The translations under genes and the position numbers were made by a program. A stretch of 63,007 nucleotides of DNA from Microbotryum violaceum (Eukaryota), in assembly GCA_001244265.2 (NCBI GenBank), contig CDLV01000011.1, positions 1,674,001-1,737,007 on the forward strand, written 5' to 3'. The number at the start of each line of letters is the position of its first letter. The first letter of the stretch is position 1. Shown piece by piece: positions 12,889-26,601 of this stretch. The notes under the pieces were generated by a model. The model ran no database searches. It was not told where the DNA came from and saw only the letters and a program-made list of their open reading frames with translations.

Positions 12889-15800
12889 CTCCCAGGCTGA
12901 GGCCGATCGACTAAACTACATCCAGTTGCATTAAGAAAACCTACGCCTCAGCACGACCCAAGGCATCAACGGCTTAACCCCGGACCAAATTGGACGCTCG
13001 ATGACTTTGGGCTCGATGTTCAAGAATAGACCGCGCGACATCATGCAGCGATACCAGGATGCGATGGCGTGCGTTGTCAAACATGGAAAGCCTCCGCTGC
13101 TCATCACGATGACGTGCGTTCCTGAATCACCGCAAACCAAGGCTGCACTGGGGCCGAACGACAAAGCATGCAACCGTCCGGATCTCATTGCACGAGTGTT
13201 TGAAGCCAAGCTGAACCGACTCTGCGACGACGTTTTTGGCAACAAGCAACGTGCAGGCTGTTTTGGCGTGGTTCTGACGCATACACATGTGATTGAGTAT
13301 CAGAAGCGGGGCCTGCCACATGCCCATATCCTCATCACCCTCGCGCCGGACTATCATCCTTTGTCGACGGAAGCGATCGACAAGATGATCTCGGCCGAGA
13401 TACCCGATCCTTCGCGCCATCCTGATCTCCACGAGACCGTCACAAAGCACATGCTGCATGGCAAGTGTGGCGGAAACTCGACTCAGCCCTGCATGGAGAA
13501 GGACAAGTACGGTAATCCGAGGTGCAAGCGCCATTTTCCTCGCGAACAGAACCCCCATACCCGCATGCACCCTGAAGGCTACCCGTTGTATCGCCGACGC
13601 TTTCGCCACGCCGTTGTCAAGGGGGGTGTTATCTACAACGATGGTGACTACGTGCCGTACTCGCCTTATCTCTGCGCCAAGTACAATGCGCATATCAATG
13701 TGGAGGCTGTGACAACGATCGGCGCGATCAAGTACCTCTTCAAGTATGTGTACAAAGGTCCGGATCGAGCTGTGGCGCGTGTTGAGCGTGCAGCGAACGG
13801 TGAAGGGGCTCGCGAGGACGAACCGGTTCGAGATGAGATCAACGAGTTCGTCGAAGGTCGCTACATCAGTGCTCCAGAAGCGGTCCACCGCCTATTCGGA
13901 TTCTCGGTCGGTAGAGTGTGACCACCCGTCAATCGACTACTGGTCCATCTGGAGAATCAACAATCTGTGCAGATCAATCCCAATGAACCGCTGCCCCTCG
14001 ACACTCCGCCCACTCGCTCCAAACTGACCGGCTTCTTCGACCTGTGCGCTGCAGCTCCCGACGGCGAGCTCACTACCACGTTGCTCTACACGAATGTGCC
14101 GCGCTACTACTCCTGGAATAAGGAGAAGTTGCGCTGGAAACGCCGAGTCCATGATCGCAATGTCATTGGACGAATCTACACCGTCCCACTGCGTAGTGGG
14201 GAGCGCTTTTACCTCAGACTGCTCCTCGAGGTCGTCATGGGCCCGACATCGTTTGCGGACCTGCTCATGTTCGAAGACGTCGTGTATCCTTCCTATCGCG
14301 CCGCTTGCGCCGCTCGCGGACTTCTCGCCGACGATGGCGAGCATCACATCTGTCTTAGGGAAGCTGCACATATTGAAACCGGTGACCAACTACGCCGATT
14401 ATTCGTGTTCATACTCATCCATGCGACGGTTGCCAACACACGAGCTTTGCTGGATCGTCACTTTGCTTCTCTTAGCGACGATGCCCGTTATCACATCGAA
14501 CGCTATGAAGACGTGCCCATCAACAATCAAACCATCCGCCTGTGGACCCTCAACAAGATTCGTCTCCTCCTTGCGGCAAACGATCGAGCTTTGGCCTTCT
14601 TTGATCTTCCCGAGCTGACCGAGGACGAAGTGCGGCTGTTTGATCGTCTCGAGGAACGGCTTCCCCGTTTTGATGGCCAGCAATGCGCGCAAGATGCCGA
14701 AGCGGCGCATGCCCGTCTGAACCACGACCAACGAATTGCATTTGACGAGTGTCTTTGCGCGGTCGAGCTCGATGTCGTCGATCAGATGCGCGACAACAAC
14801 CTTGGGCCGCAGCATGTGTTTTTCCTGCTAGCGCCTGGGGTACTGGCAAGACTTTTGTGGAAAATGCCCTTCTCGATACTGTGCGAGCTCGAGGCGACCA
14901 AGCGATTGCGGTGGCGTCGTCCGGAGTAGCGGCGTTGCTTCTCAAGGGAGGACACACGGCGCATTCAACTTTTCGAATCCCACTCGACACCTTGCCAACC
15001 TCAACGTGTCCAGTCGACAGGGAGAGTAATCTCGCGCTGATGCTGCGTACCACCAAGCTCATCATTTGGGATGAAGCCCCAATGGCGCATCGCTTCGCGG
15101 TGGAAGCTGTCGACCGTTTACTGCGTGATCTCCGAGAGACCGAGGAGCACTTCGGCGGGGTGACAATGATCTTTGCGGGTCAGTTGGGCTCTTCCGCCTC
15201 CGCTCTGAACAGCGGCATGCTAACGAGGTTTCCAATTTGTAGGGGACTTTCGCCAGTGCCTTCCTGTCGTTCCCAAAGGAACTCCCGGTCAAATCGTCGA
15301 TGCATCCCTCATCAAGGCAGACTTCTGGCGCGACGTTCGTGTCTTGCGACTTACCGAGAACATGCGTCTCAGCTCGAACGCTGATGCGATGGACGAGGCT
15401 CAATTGGCTCGAACGCGCGACTTTGCGGAATGGCTACTCACCGTGGGAGATGGAACTGCCAACATGCACCCATACGACAAGATTGCAGTACGTTTGGCTC
15501 CCCTCTTTTACCCAACCAACCGACACTAAGACCCCTTCTATCCGTTTCGCAGCTGCCTGATTACCTGCTGCTTCCGGACGGTCAAAGAACGGCCGAACGG
15601 TTGATCAACTTTGTCTACCCCGGTTTAAGGACCGTGAACAAGGAGTCCCTCGAAGACCTGATTCAGCTGTTCTCACGTCAGGCAATCCTAGCTCCGCATA
15701 ATGCAACGGTCGATCGCATCAATGCCAAGCTGCTGGAAGAGTTCAATGGCGACTACATCGAGTATCGCAGCGCAGACGAGGTCGTTGAGGCAGGCGAAAC

Positions 15801-16392
15801 TGGGGGTGGAATGGCGCCGGAACTGATTTCGCCAGAGTATCTACATTCAATCAACCCATCCAACTTCCCCGCGCATCACTTGCGTCTCAAGGAAGGGATC
15901 CCCGTCGTTCTTCTTCGCAATTTGGACCCAGACGCGGGCCTCTGCAACGGTACCCGCCTGATCGTGTCGCACGCAAGATCGAGAGTCATTCAAGCCATCA
16001 TCTTGACCGGAGATCGAGCGGGCACCACGGTCTTCATCCCTCGCGTGCGACTTGAGACAAATGCGACTGGCAGTCGCCAACTTGGTTTCACTATGCGCCG
16101 GCTCCAATTCCCGCTTCGCGTTGCCTTGGCCATGACGATCAACAAAGCCCAAGGTCAATCACTCGATCGTGTTGGCGTCGATCTCTCCCTACATCCCGTC
16201 TTCACTCATGGGCAGCTGTATGTGGCATTGTCTCGAGCCATGAGTGTTGATCGAATCAAGGTGCTACTGCCCTCTTGCGACCCCGCCGATGATGACAACG
16301 ACCTACAAGCCGTTGATCGAGCGGCAGCGGCAGCCACCGCGACCCCAAACCCAGTATTCCGCTCTGTTCTCAGAGCAATGAATGGGAAATAG
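12889..16392 (+). pseudogene. Helitron RepHel (HUH Rep + Pif1-family helicase), C-terminal part
   Basis: LITMTC, EYQKRGLPHAH, KYLFKYVYKG; GTGKT (frameshifted ~14838), IIWDEAPM, GDFRQ, AMTINKAQGQSL, HGQLYVALSR; introns 15179-15242 and 15488-15552; in-frame TGA 13919-13921. Confidence 0.95.
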
Positions 16393-17142
16393 TTTTGAAG
16401 CTGTCCTTTGTATTGTGTGTTTTACCTTCAACTGAGATCACGATTCTGCTATTTAATTTTCATCCTCCCGTTAATTTAACGGTTTCCCACTGGTTTGATA
16501 CAAAAAGAAACTGTTTTTTTTTTTTTTGCGTAGAAAATAAAATATGTGATCAGGCTTAGTACAAATAATTCAACGGGTTCCCACTGGTTGGTACAATTTT
16601 CAACGTCTGAAACGATCGAACCCCTCAGGTGCGCGTGTTTCCGCGTGTGACAAAGATAGGAGGGATGACCCGACGAAGAGGGTCGAGACGAGTCGAGACA
16701 TGTTCTAGGTACTTCTCAAGAGAGACGAGGACGAGGGGGAGAGTTGGGATGTGACCTTGGACGGAAGTTGAGTTGCAGAGAAAGGAGAGAGAAGTTATCA
16801 GCTATGAAACTGAGGAGTTAGGTCAGAGGAGGCGGTAAAAACCAGGAGAGGTGTTAAAACGAAAGTCCGAGAGACGAGAGCGAGTCGAGAGTCCGAGGGA
16901 CGAGCGCATAGCGTAGGAGACGTCATGGGAAAGGGTCTCACCGCAACGCGAGGAGCGGTGCGGGTCGTGCGAGAAAGGCGCACGCGGAGTTCAGAACGGG
17001 CAGTTACGAAAATCTCCTGACACCGGAGTCGACTCGGAGGATCGTTACGCCTCTTGTCCTTTTGCTTGTATCATCCATCAAAGTCGCCCTTTGTTAGTCG
17101 TTGCTATCCGACCTCATCCGTGAAGAACCTACGCCTCGTACC

Positions 17143-17968
17143 ATGCTGCTCTTGTGGTCGCATTTGGCCGCACTCACTCTCGTAGCGAGTTTGGCAACGT
17201 GTTCTCCCCTCACGGCCTCGCCCCTGAAGGCGCTCGACAACGGCCGTAGTTTCGACCCGCCCCCTGGCAGCGAAGCAGTCGCCGATTTCACGAAGCAGAA
17301 CATCTCCGGTTCACACACCCCCGACTTTCGTCACCCATCGACGTTGACCAGAGACGTCTCTCATGTCGCCCCTCTCGCTCTAAGGCCCCGTTGGCTTCCG
17401 CGCCCGCGTTTCCCCCTTCTCACCCCTCCCGCCATCGTCTATCCTCGGGGAGGCGAGACATACCGCCCCGGCGACAAGGTCACTTACAGGTGGAAGCCGA
17501 CCCACTCCCCTGAAAAAGTTGATCTTTGGTTAACATGCCGTGGGAGTGAGGCACAGGAAATTAGTGAGCTCCTTCAGATGCCTCCCAGAAAAGATCGAAA
17601 GGCTACTGCGACCCTGACCACAGGAAGACCCCAATGTCTAAACTTGATGCTAACTTGATCTTGAGGTTGACTCAATTCTATAGGGTTTATCGATCGCGAC
17701 ATCCCGCTCAACACTGGAGGCAACACTACCACGATCCCAAATGACATAGCCTGGAATGTCCTTAACGGTGAAGAAGGAGCAAATGCAAATGTCTCGGCGT
17801 ATGTGCCTCCACCGTGACTGCACCTTCCTTTTCTCTCGAGGCTTGATCAACCGACAGCTTGTCTGTCCCCACAGCTTCATTTACTTCGGCGTCTCACGAA
17901 CCAGCTACACCAAAGATCAGGGAGTATTCGGGCAACATACTCACTCCTTTACCATCAAGAACAATTGA
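17143..17968 (+). CDS. Predicted secreted protein, ~209 aa, 3 exons (17143-17563, 17684-17798, 17875-17968); resembles the Kre9/Knh1-N / Ser-Thr-rich GPI-anchored family Ig-like domain
   Basis: Signal-peptide-like MLLLWSHLAALTLVASLATC; IVYPRGGETYRPGDKVTYRW and terminal SFTI motifs; GTGAGC..CTAAC..TAG and GTATGT..CAG introns give an open 630-nt CDS. Confidence 0.72.
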
Positions 17969-18325
17969 AATTAGAGGAGCGCGCCATACTCCGGCCAGAC
18001 CACCGGAAACATCCTTGCTATACCGTATGCCTTTGTCAACGTCGATATCTTTTATACATCACAACAAGCCGTTCAAGCCATACCAACACCCATGCACAGT
18101 TTTCCTTTTTGGCTGTTCATCTCAAGGTACATAATCTCTCCCGTCATGCATGCAATGACGACAAGGACGACGCGGGCGATCTCCCTTCACTTCCTCAGTC
18201 GTTTCGGCAATTTTTCCAAAGTCTATATGCCCGTCCAAACGACACAACCAAGCTCAACATGGGAGGCTGATCAGAACGCAGAACACGATGGCCGATTACC
18301 CGGTCCTCCAGTGCCTTCACCCATG

Positions 18326-18712
18326 TCAATCCGCATTCGCATTCCCGTTGGCGATGGCGCCACCCACCGTGCCTTGCTTCTTCTTTTCCTCGTCCTCGGG
18401 CGCGCCGAAGTGGCCGTACATAACCCGCTTGGGGTCTTTTCCAACGCGCTCGCTTCAGGTTTGTTTGGTTTGTGAGGTTAAGATACCGTTGCACACAAGT
18501 CCGCATCAACAGGGGAAGTCAGTCAGTCACCGTCGAAAACGGGATCACCGGCGAACACGGGACCTGTTAGGACGAGGCTTACATCGCTCGGCGGCGGATG
18601 CCTCTTGTTCAACTTTGGAGGCGTTGCGGCGCTTCTCGAGAAGAGTGTGCCTTTGACCTTCCCTGTCTCTCCACCGCTTTTGTAGCTTGGTGCTGTTGAT
18701 AAAGGAGCGATG
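18326..18712 (-). pseudogene. Possible 3' fragment of a host gene (mirror ~45300-45686)
   Basis: Two exon-like frames (FINSTKLQKRWRD...EASAAER and ERVGKDPKRVMYGHFG...NAD*) separated by a GTAAGC..AG intron-like segment; no start seen. Confidence 0.35.
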
Positions 18713-18783
18713 GACTAGTCAGGTTCGGGTTCCACCCGAGCCAAAGATTTTAGAAACGCAGTTTTGAAGCAAACGTAGTATAC

Positions 18784-19010
18784 CCAGCCTCTACTGCCCT
18801 CGCCCGCCTCTTGCTCCTCCCGCCCTCAACTCATCCCCTCCTCCAGTACCACCCTTTTCCTCTCCACGCTTTCCATCCTCGTCCCGTGCTTCTGCATCCT
18901 CCCTCTCCCACTGCTGATCATCTCCAAGCCCATCCCCGTGAAAATCTTGATTGTCCTGCCCACCCCTTCCTGATCGCTGAGTTTGGCCTTGAGCTTGGGG
19001 AGGCCAAAGA
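18784..19010 (-). pseudogene. Degenerate LINE 3' fragment (continues at 25073-25210), split by copia
   Basis: Diverged copy of ~11875-12230 (DHYFFGC..NVWIA..LFGLPKLKAKL). Confidence 0.85.
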
Positions 19011-19280
19011 TTTTAGCACATCTGAGGCCCGAGGCACGAGGTACGTAAGTACGAGAGCCGAAGATGGTAGTAAAGATGGTTCGTATATTGCAAGACTAAC
19101 CTGAGGCCCGAGGCACGAGCTACGTAAGTACGCGAGCCGAAGATGGTAGTAAAGATAGTTGGAGAAGAGAGAGAAGAGCCAAGTGCGCGCGCACTAGGGA
19201 GGCTAGAGGCGCGCGGCTAATATCAACAACTCGATACTAATCTATTCTAAGTGGGAGGAAACAGTAATACCCTTTTGACA
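19011..19280 (-). repeat. Copia 3' LTR with internal ~60-bp duplication
   Basis: Matches 24882-25072; CTGAGGCCCGAGGCACGAG...GGTAGTAAAGAT occurs twice. Confidence 0.9.
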
Positions 19281-19293
19281 CCCCCCCGTGCTG

Positions 19294-20703
<1,410 letters not shown>

Positions 20704-20870
20704 TCAAGCCACCCTGCGCGCGGCGCCATGGGCGCCTCTTGACCTTAGTTTTTTGAGTAGTCTTTCTTCGCCTGCGAAGTACACCGTTTGATCCTTTCTG
20801 TTCGGACTCGGAATCAGTGAGGCTCGAGAGCGATCTCGTGCCTTTCACTTTTTTTTTGAAAAACGACAAG

Positions 20871-21587
20871 TCGGCTGTACAACTCCGTCACCACCCGACG
20901 TTAAAGCCCGACCTTCGCACAGCCGAGTTGTCGGTTTCAAAAAAAAAGTGAAAGGCACTCGGCTGTACGACTCCGTCACCACCCGACGTTAAAGCCCGAC
21001 CTTTGCACAGCCGAGTTGTCGGTTTCAAAAAAAAAGTGAAAGGCACTCGGCTGTACGACTCCGTCACCACCCGACGTTAAAGCCCGACCTTTGCACAGCC
21101 GAGTTGTCGGTTTCAAAAAAAAAGTGAAAGGCACTCGGCTGTACGACTCCGTCACCACCCGACGTTAAAGCCCGACCTTTGCACAGCCGAGTTGTCGGTT
21201 TCAAAAAAAAAGTGAAAGGCACTCGGCTGTACGACTCCGTCACCACCCGACGTTAAAGCCCGACCTTCGCACAGCCGAGTTGTTGTAAGGCCCGTGCGCC
21301 TGGGCCTTAGGAAGAGGGGACGCGCGCCTGGGCACTCTTAGTCTCTCTCCAGCGACTGATACGAGTGTCCAGGCGAGCACAAGGTGGATCAGAAGGCATT
21401 GTCATACCAGCGACTGATACGAGTGTCCAGTGTCAATTCTACATACTTTGGTCCTGTGATCCTTGTCGTCGTCGCTCAGGTGTACACTCCAACGGGGTGT
21501 ATTACAGTTGTCGGTTTCAAAAAAAAAGTGAAAGGCATTCGGCTGTACGACTCCGCACCACCCGACGTTAAAGCCCAACCTTTGCAA
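20871..21587 (+). repeat. 88-bp tandem array (~5.5 units), interrupted by a solo LTR
   Basis: Near-identical ORFs at 20888, 20976 and 21064; the unit resumes at 21507. Confidence 0.93.
21284..21506. mobile_element. Solo LTR (223 bp)
   Basis: TGTAA...TTACA termini with 5-bp TSD GTTGT on both sides. Confidence 0.85.
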
Positions 21588-21601
21588 CCGCCCCGGCAAC
21601 G

Positions 21602-22755
21602 CATGGTGCAGACCCGCTCAGCCGCTGCGAAGGAAAAAAAACAAAAACGAACCAGAACTCGAGCCAGCTCGAACCAGAACCCAGAACCAGAACCCCGCCC
21701 GGCCCCTGCCCCCGCCCAGCCCCGCTCCGCCCAGCCCCGCAACACGGCCTCGAGCACCGTGCCCGCCACAGAACCCAGAATCGAACCGGAACAGAACAGG
21801 AGAATGTTGCCCGACTCCCGCGATACACCCCTGCACATGGAGACCCCGGCATGAAGAGTCAAGCTCGATATGCCGTTGTTGAAGGCGGGTTCCAAGTCGA
21901 GGGACGTGGCGCGCTGGCTGGCAGGGTGTGAAGATGCGGTCGAATCGGCCAAATGGAACTACGGCAAGACTGCGACCGTACACCTCATTTGTGAGGCCGG
22001 CAGCCGGATGGAGGGGGAAGGAGGGGACTGGCACATTGATTCTCGCGACAAGTTGAAGGCGCTCAAGACGTGGGACGACTTTGCAGCGGAAGTGAAGGCG
22101 CGATTCGTCAGCGAGAAGACCGGCTTGGCGGCGCGGCTTGGCGGCGGAGCACGCCTTTTTCAACGCGCAACAGAGCGGGACGTTCAACGAATTCATTGCA
22201 CTATTGACGCAAGAGCGCAGCCAAGCTGGACTGGCCTCCGACGGCACCCAAGTCATCCCCGATGAACTGTTCAAGCGCCAACTGCTCCACCGATGCGACG
22301 AGCTCCTGTATCTCCGCGCGACCGCCTCCCCCTCGTTTGCGCTTGACAAGTTTTCCGTTAATGCACTTGTGGCATATCTCCAGACAATGTGGGACGCTAT
22401 CACCTTGGAGCGAGCAACAACAGGCATGCGGAGGCTCAACTTACGTCACGAACGCGGTGAACCAACTCAGGCTGTGGGGCCTCGCACACCAAGGTTGGAA
22501 GGTGCAGCAAAGGAGAAGGCAATGTTCGAAGGCCGCTGTTTCGTATGCGACACGGTAGGCCACATCTCTTCAAACTGCCCTTCCAAGCCCAACACTGCAT
22601 CCCCTCGTCGCGATCCCCCCGGATCTACCCCCGGGCCTCGAATGGTAGCCGCAATCCGAACGTACGAGGACACCGGTGATTCAACCGCCTTTGTAGGCAT
22701 CTCAAGCGATTCAGAAGACGACGACGAACGATTGTTTGCGTCAGAACCCGGATAA
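21602..22755 (+). pseudogene. Retrotransposon gag with CCHC zinc knuckle
   Basis: MVQTRS start, TWDDFAAEVKARF, CFVCDTVGHISSNC; stop at 21852-21854, frameshift ~22140. Confidence 0.82.
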
Positions 22756-22969
22756 GGGAATTGATTCAAGGAGGGGTGAGTGTAAGGCGCCGCTCCGCTT
22801 ACGCCTCACGACAACCTCAGCGGCCGAAGTTTTACTTGCGCGCGGCGCCACGGGCGCCTCTTGACCTTAGTCCTTTTAGTAGTCTTTCTTCGCCTGCGAA
22901 TTACACCGTTTGATCCTTTCAGTTTGGACTCGGAACCAGTGAGGCTCGAGAGCAATCTCGTGCCTTTCA

Positions 22970-23637
22970 GGATCCACACCAAAAACCTATCATCTCACGC
23001 GGCCCTCAAGGGGGAGTCCCTAATCATTGTTGGTCGGGTACCGCTCCGCTTGTGACGGCTCTCCGAGCTTTCGGATGCCGCGCCTGGGCTACCGTCCCGG
23101 GTCACCGACGCGACAAACTCGATCCGAAGGGCATACCTCTCGTTTTTGTCGGCTACGATCGTCATGCCAAGGCGTATCGGCTCCTCGACCCCACCTCCAT
23201 GCGCGTCAGCCTGAGCCGCGACGTCAAATTCGTGGAGACCGAATTCCCCTTCCTCTCCATGCCCAAACGCGCGACAGCTCCGTCTATTCCGGGTTACCCC
23301 GCCCGATCGCTCAGCCTATGCTGCAACCCGAGGGGCCACGCGCGACGCCGAATCAGCTCCCGCCGCCAAATGACGAGCTCCCGCCGCCGAATGACGAGCT
23401 CCCGCCGCCGAATGACGAACTTCCGGCACCGGATGACGAAGCCGCCTCTGTCCGCAGCGACGCGACCAATGCCGCCGAAGTCCTGCCGCCGCCGGAGCAA
23501 GTTCCTGAACCGCCTGCCAAAGTCAAGCCGGTGTGGGAATACGGCGATCTGGCGAGAGTGGGTCCTGATCCGGGCAAGTACGGCGAAGTCGACCCGCGTA
23601 ACATCATCGAGGGCCCGCGCACTCGTCGCCAACTTGT
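22970..23637 (+). pseudogene. Copia integrase C-terminal segment, inverted relative to the host element
   Basis: [31 protein letters not shown]; 21-bp tandem repeat ~23355-23440. Confidence 0.88.
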
Positions 23638-23838
23638 TGAAAGGCACGAGATTGCTCTCGAGCCTCACTGGTTCCGAGTCCAAACTGAAAGGATCAAACG
23701 GTGTAATTCGCAGGCGAAGAAAGACTACTAAAAGGACTAAGGTCAAGAGACGCGGCGGCGCCGCGCGCGAGGGCAAGCGTGAGGCCGCAGAGGTCGGCTC
23801 GAGGTCGTCGTGAGGCGTAAGCGGAGCGGCGCCTTACA
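23638..23838 (-). repeat. Third LTR of the gag-only family, inverted
   Basis: Reverse complement of 22781-22969 (TGAAAGGCAC...GCCTTACA). Confidence 0.9.
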
Positions 23839-24877
23839 GAGAGACGCCCTTAAACTCCTTCAATGCAGCCTTCAGCTCGAGGTACTTGTTACGCCTGGTG
23901 ATGTCGGGACACTTCTCGACCCAGCGCTTGCCTTGTTGGCATGCGGGACAGTTACCCGGCGGAGGACCCGAACTATCCCATCGACCCTTTCTATTCTGGC
24001 CCGCTTTCGTCGTCGAACTCGGCGTTTGGGCCACTAGAGCTGGAGTAGACTCGTTGCGAAGTGTGCGAGCAACCGATTCCATTGACGCGAAGATCTCTTC
24101 AACGACTGGAAGCTTGCTTTTGTTCGGCTGAAGCGAGTAGAACGTGGTGCGCCAGCTATTGTAGAGGGGAGGTAAGTCGTCGATCATACGAGCCGATATG
24201 ACTTGTTCAAGATCGAGTTGGGCCATTCGAAGGTGATTGATCAGAACCATGGCTCGGTTCGTCCACTCGTTGAAGCCGGCCCAGGTCGAAGGAAGTTTGG
24301 GCATGTTGAAGAAGTCACGGATCAGCGTGGAGTGTGATTGCGCGTCACTGGGAGCGTAGCGTTTCGTGAGGGCGACCCAGCAGGCGTGGGCATTTCCGCA
24401 CTTCTGAGAGACGGGGCCTATCGTGCCCTTCGCGACGGTCGTCAGCTAGCCGGCGAGCACACGGGCCGCGTAATCCTCCCATCGCGAGTGCAGTTCGGGC
24501 AGCCAGGCTTTGTCGTGGCAACCGGTGCGCAAGTATAGGCATACCTCGCGAGGCACGGTAAGAGACATGGTGAGGTCCCAGTCGACGTAGTTATTGTCCG
24601 AGAGTTTGGACTCGTCGGGGAATGCCGGAGGGCTCGTGGGCGGCAGCAGGTTCCGCTTGGACACGTCGTCGTCATCGACAGAGCGGCGTTTCTTGACGAG
24701 GTCGTCGAATTGCTCGCGTGTGAGTAGAACGTGCATGGGAGGGATGACTATGTTGGGTTGGCTCGACAATGGCGAAGGTGGAGGGGGCGGTGTGCCCGTC
24801 TCATCGTTGCCGGCCATGCTGTTTTCGTCGTCGCTGTCGGGAAGGGCGATGTTGGCTGGTAGATCGGTGTGGCTCAT
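23839..24877 (-). pseudogene. Copia gag (stop at 24446), truncated by LTR
   Basis: [10 protein letters not shown] motif, LPPLYNSW, degenerate knuckle [14 protein letters not shown]. Confidence 0.85.
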
Positions 24878-24881
24878 AACC
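24871..24881 (-). promoter_or_regulatory. Primer-binding site, copia/Ty5 type (initiator Met half-tRNA); overlaps gag ATG
   Basis: GGTTATGAGCC adjacent to the 5' LTR. Confidence 0.8.
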
Positions 24882-25072
24882 TTTTAGCACATCTGAGGCC
24901 CGAGGCACGAGGTACGTAAGTACGAGAGCCGAAGATGGTAGTAAAGATAGTTGGAGAAGAGAGAGAAGAGCCAAGTGCGCGCGCACTAGGGAGGCTAGAG
25001 GCGCGCGGCTAATATCAACAACTAGATACTAATCTATTCTAAGTGGGAGGAAACAGTAATACCCTTTTGACA
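24882..25072 (-). repeat. Copia 5' LTR (191 bp)
   Basis: TGTCAAAAGG...GTGCTAAAA followed directly by the PBS. Confidence 0.92.
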
Positions 25073-26601
25073 AAAGAGGAGTCGTTTCAGTGTCGTGTAG
25101 TCGGCGTCATCGATCGTGTCACACCCCAGTGCGTTGCAGAGCACGCCCCTCGTCGCGATCCAGACGTTCCGCGAGTCGAAACACCCGAAGAAGTAATGGT
25201 CGGTGTTGTTTTGGAGGAGCTCCCCGCTCCTATGACTGGATTGGGTCACATGATCCCTATGAGAAAGTGTTTGCAATGAGTCAGCACCTGACACTGCAAC
25301 GAAGGCGCATCAGAGGAGGACCACACCCTGTAGTATTTCTGTGGCGCGGGGCCGACACCCAATGTGGCGGCGATGGCAGATGGCAGATGGCGCGCTGCAT
25401 TCTCTCTCATGCAGTGATCAGGTGGGCCGCAGTTGGCACTTCAAATCACAATGACAGCATCCAGGTACCGCCTACTTTGGATTCTTTTCCTCGAGGCTTG
25501 GTTGATCTGAACTTGATCTGACCCCCATCAAATCAGATCAGATCAGATCTAATGCGGACCCTTGGGGGTTGGGTTACAGGCACGATCTTCAACTACATGA
25601 GGTCCGGGTGAGAGTGCGTCTTACCAAGTGTGGACGTATTTGGTGGTCATGTAAAAGGGCTCGTCAAGTTTCAAAGTGATACATGGCATACTACACGAGA
25701 TACAGCGAATTGCCCAGCTACGTCAGGTAAATGCACCATCCTTAATTGGTAAACGCACCTTTCTTCCTGAGCAAACGCACCAACTTACGCGAAGAATGCA
25801 CCATTTGTAAGTGAACTTTGCACCTTACTACCGGGGTAGATGGGTCAAGCTTCGGGGGTAGACGCGCGCGCGTAATTGGTAAATGCACCATTTACTCGCG
25901 GCATTATGTATGGATGCGGAACAAATTGCTCACCCGTTCTGGCGCAGCCGTGTGGGGTTGAATCCAGGAGGTCCCTTCATAACGCACAAGGCCCTGTACC
26001 CATTCACAGTAGTATCACGATGCTTGCTTCAATCCTCGAACCGGCGGACCAATTCATCTCGCACAAAATGGCCGAGACGATCAAGCATGACATAATGACA
26101 TTGCGCCCCCCTTGGCGCACTGCAAGCACGACCAGCCCATGCGTTCCAATGGCGAAAGTACGCGCTTAAATGATCAGAAACCGTGGGATCCTTCTGCTAA
26201 CTTCGAGTACGCGGAATCGCACACGGATACGTCTGGGACACTGTTGGCGGACACCCTTCGGAGGGAAGCCTTGAGTCTACCGGAGTCCGGCTCTGATTAT
26301 AAGGCGTCGATGCGGATTTCGGCCACGTCGTTACGATACGTAGATCTATTCCCCAAGAAGGCTGAAGTGTGATACTAACCCGTGGTGTACGTTGACTTTG
26401 CACTCTGCCACTTCAGAGTCAGGAGCAGGTCCAAGCAATCGAGCCGCTGCGGCGTGCCGGTGCTGCCCTAGAACTAGCGGCCGTACCCATATCCGCCAGC
26501 GCTAGTGTTGACCATCAAGGGTTCGTATTTTATGGTCAACACATTTTCGAGGTGTGGAAATTCCAGACTTTTAATTGGGTTGGGCAGCAAAGGAAAGTAT
26601 A

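Larger units (their letters stand above)
7594..16493 (+). mobile_element. Helitron (type A, full-length RepHel, inactivated), interrupted by a LINE
   Basis: Rep and Pif1 motifs; 3' end palindrome CCCGTTAATTTAACGG followed by CTGG|T; 5' end inferred at A|TTACCCTAACTAG where flanks of the copies diverge. Confidence 0.92.

Noticed and set aside
12889-16392. Active RepHel or cellular PIF1 gene
   Set aside because: Fused to HUH Rep motifs, with premature stop, Walker A frameshift and LINE insertion in both arms
20871-21283. CRISPR-like array
   Set aside because: Units are near-identical along their whole length with no unique spacers; eukaryotic context and no cas genes
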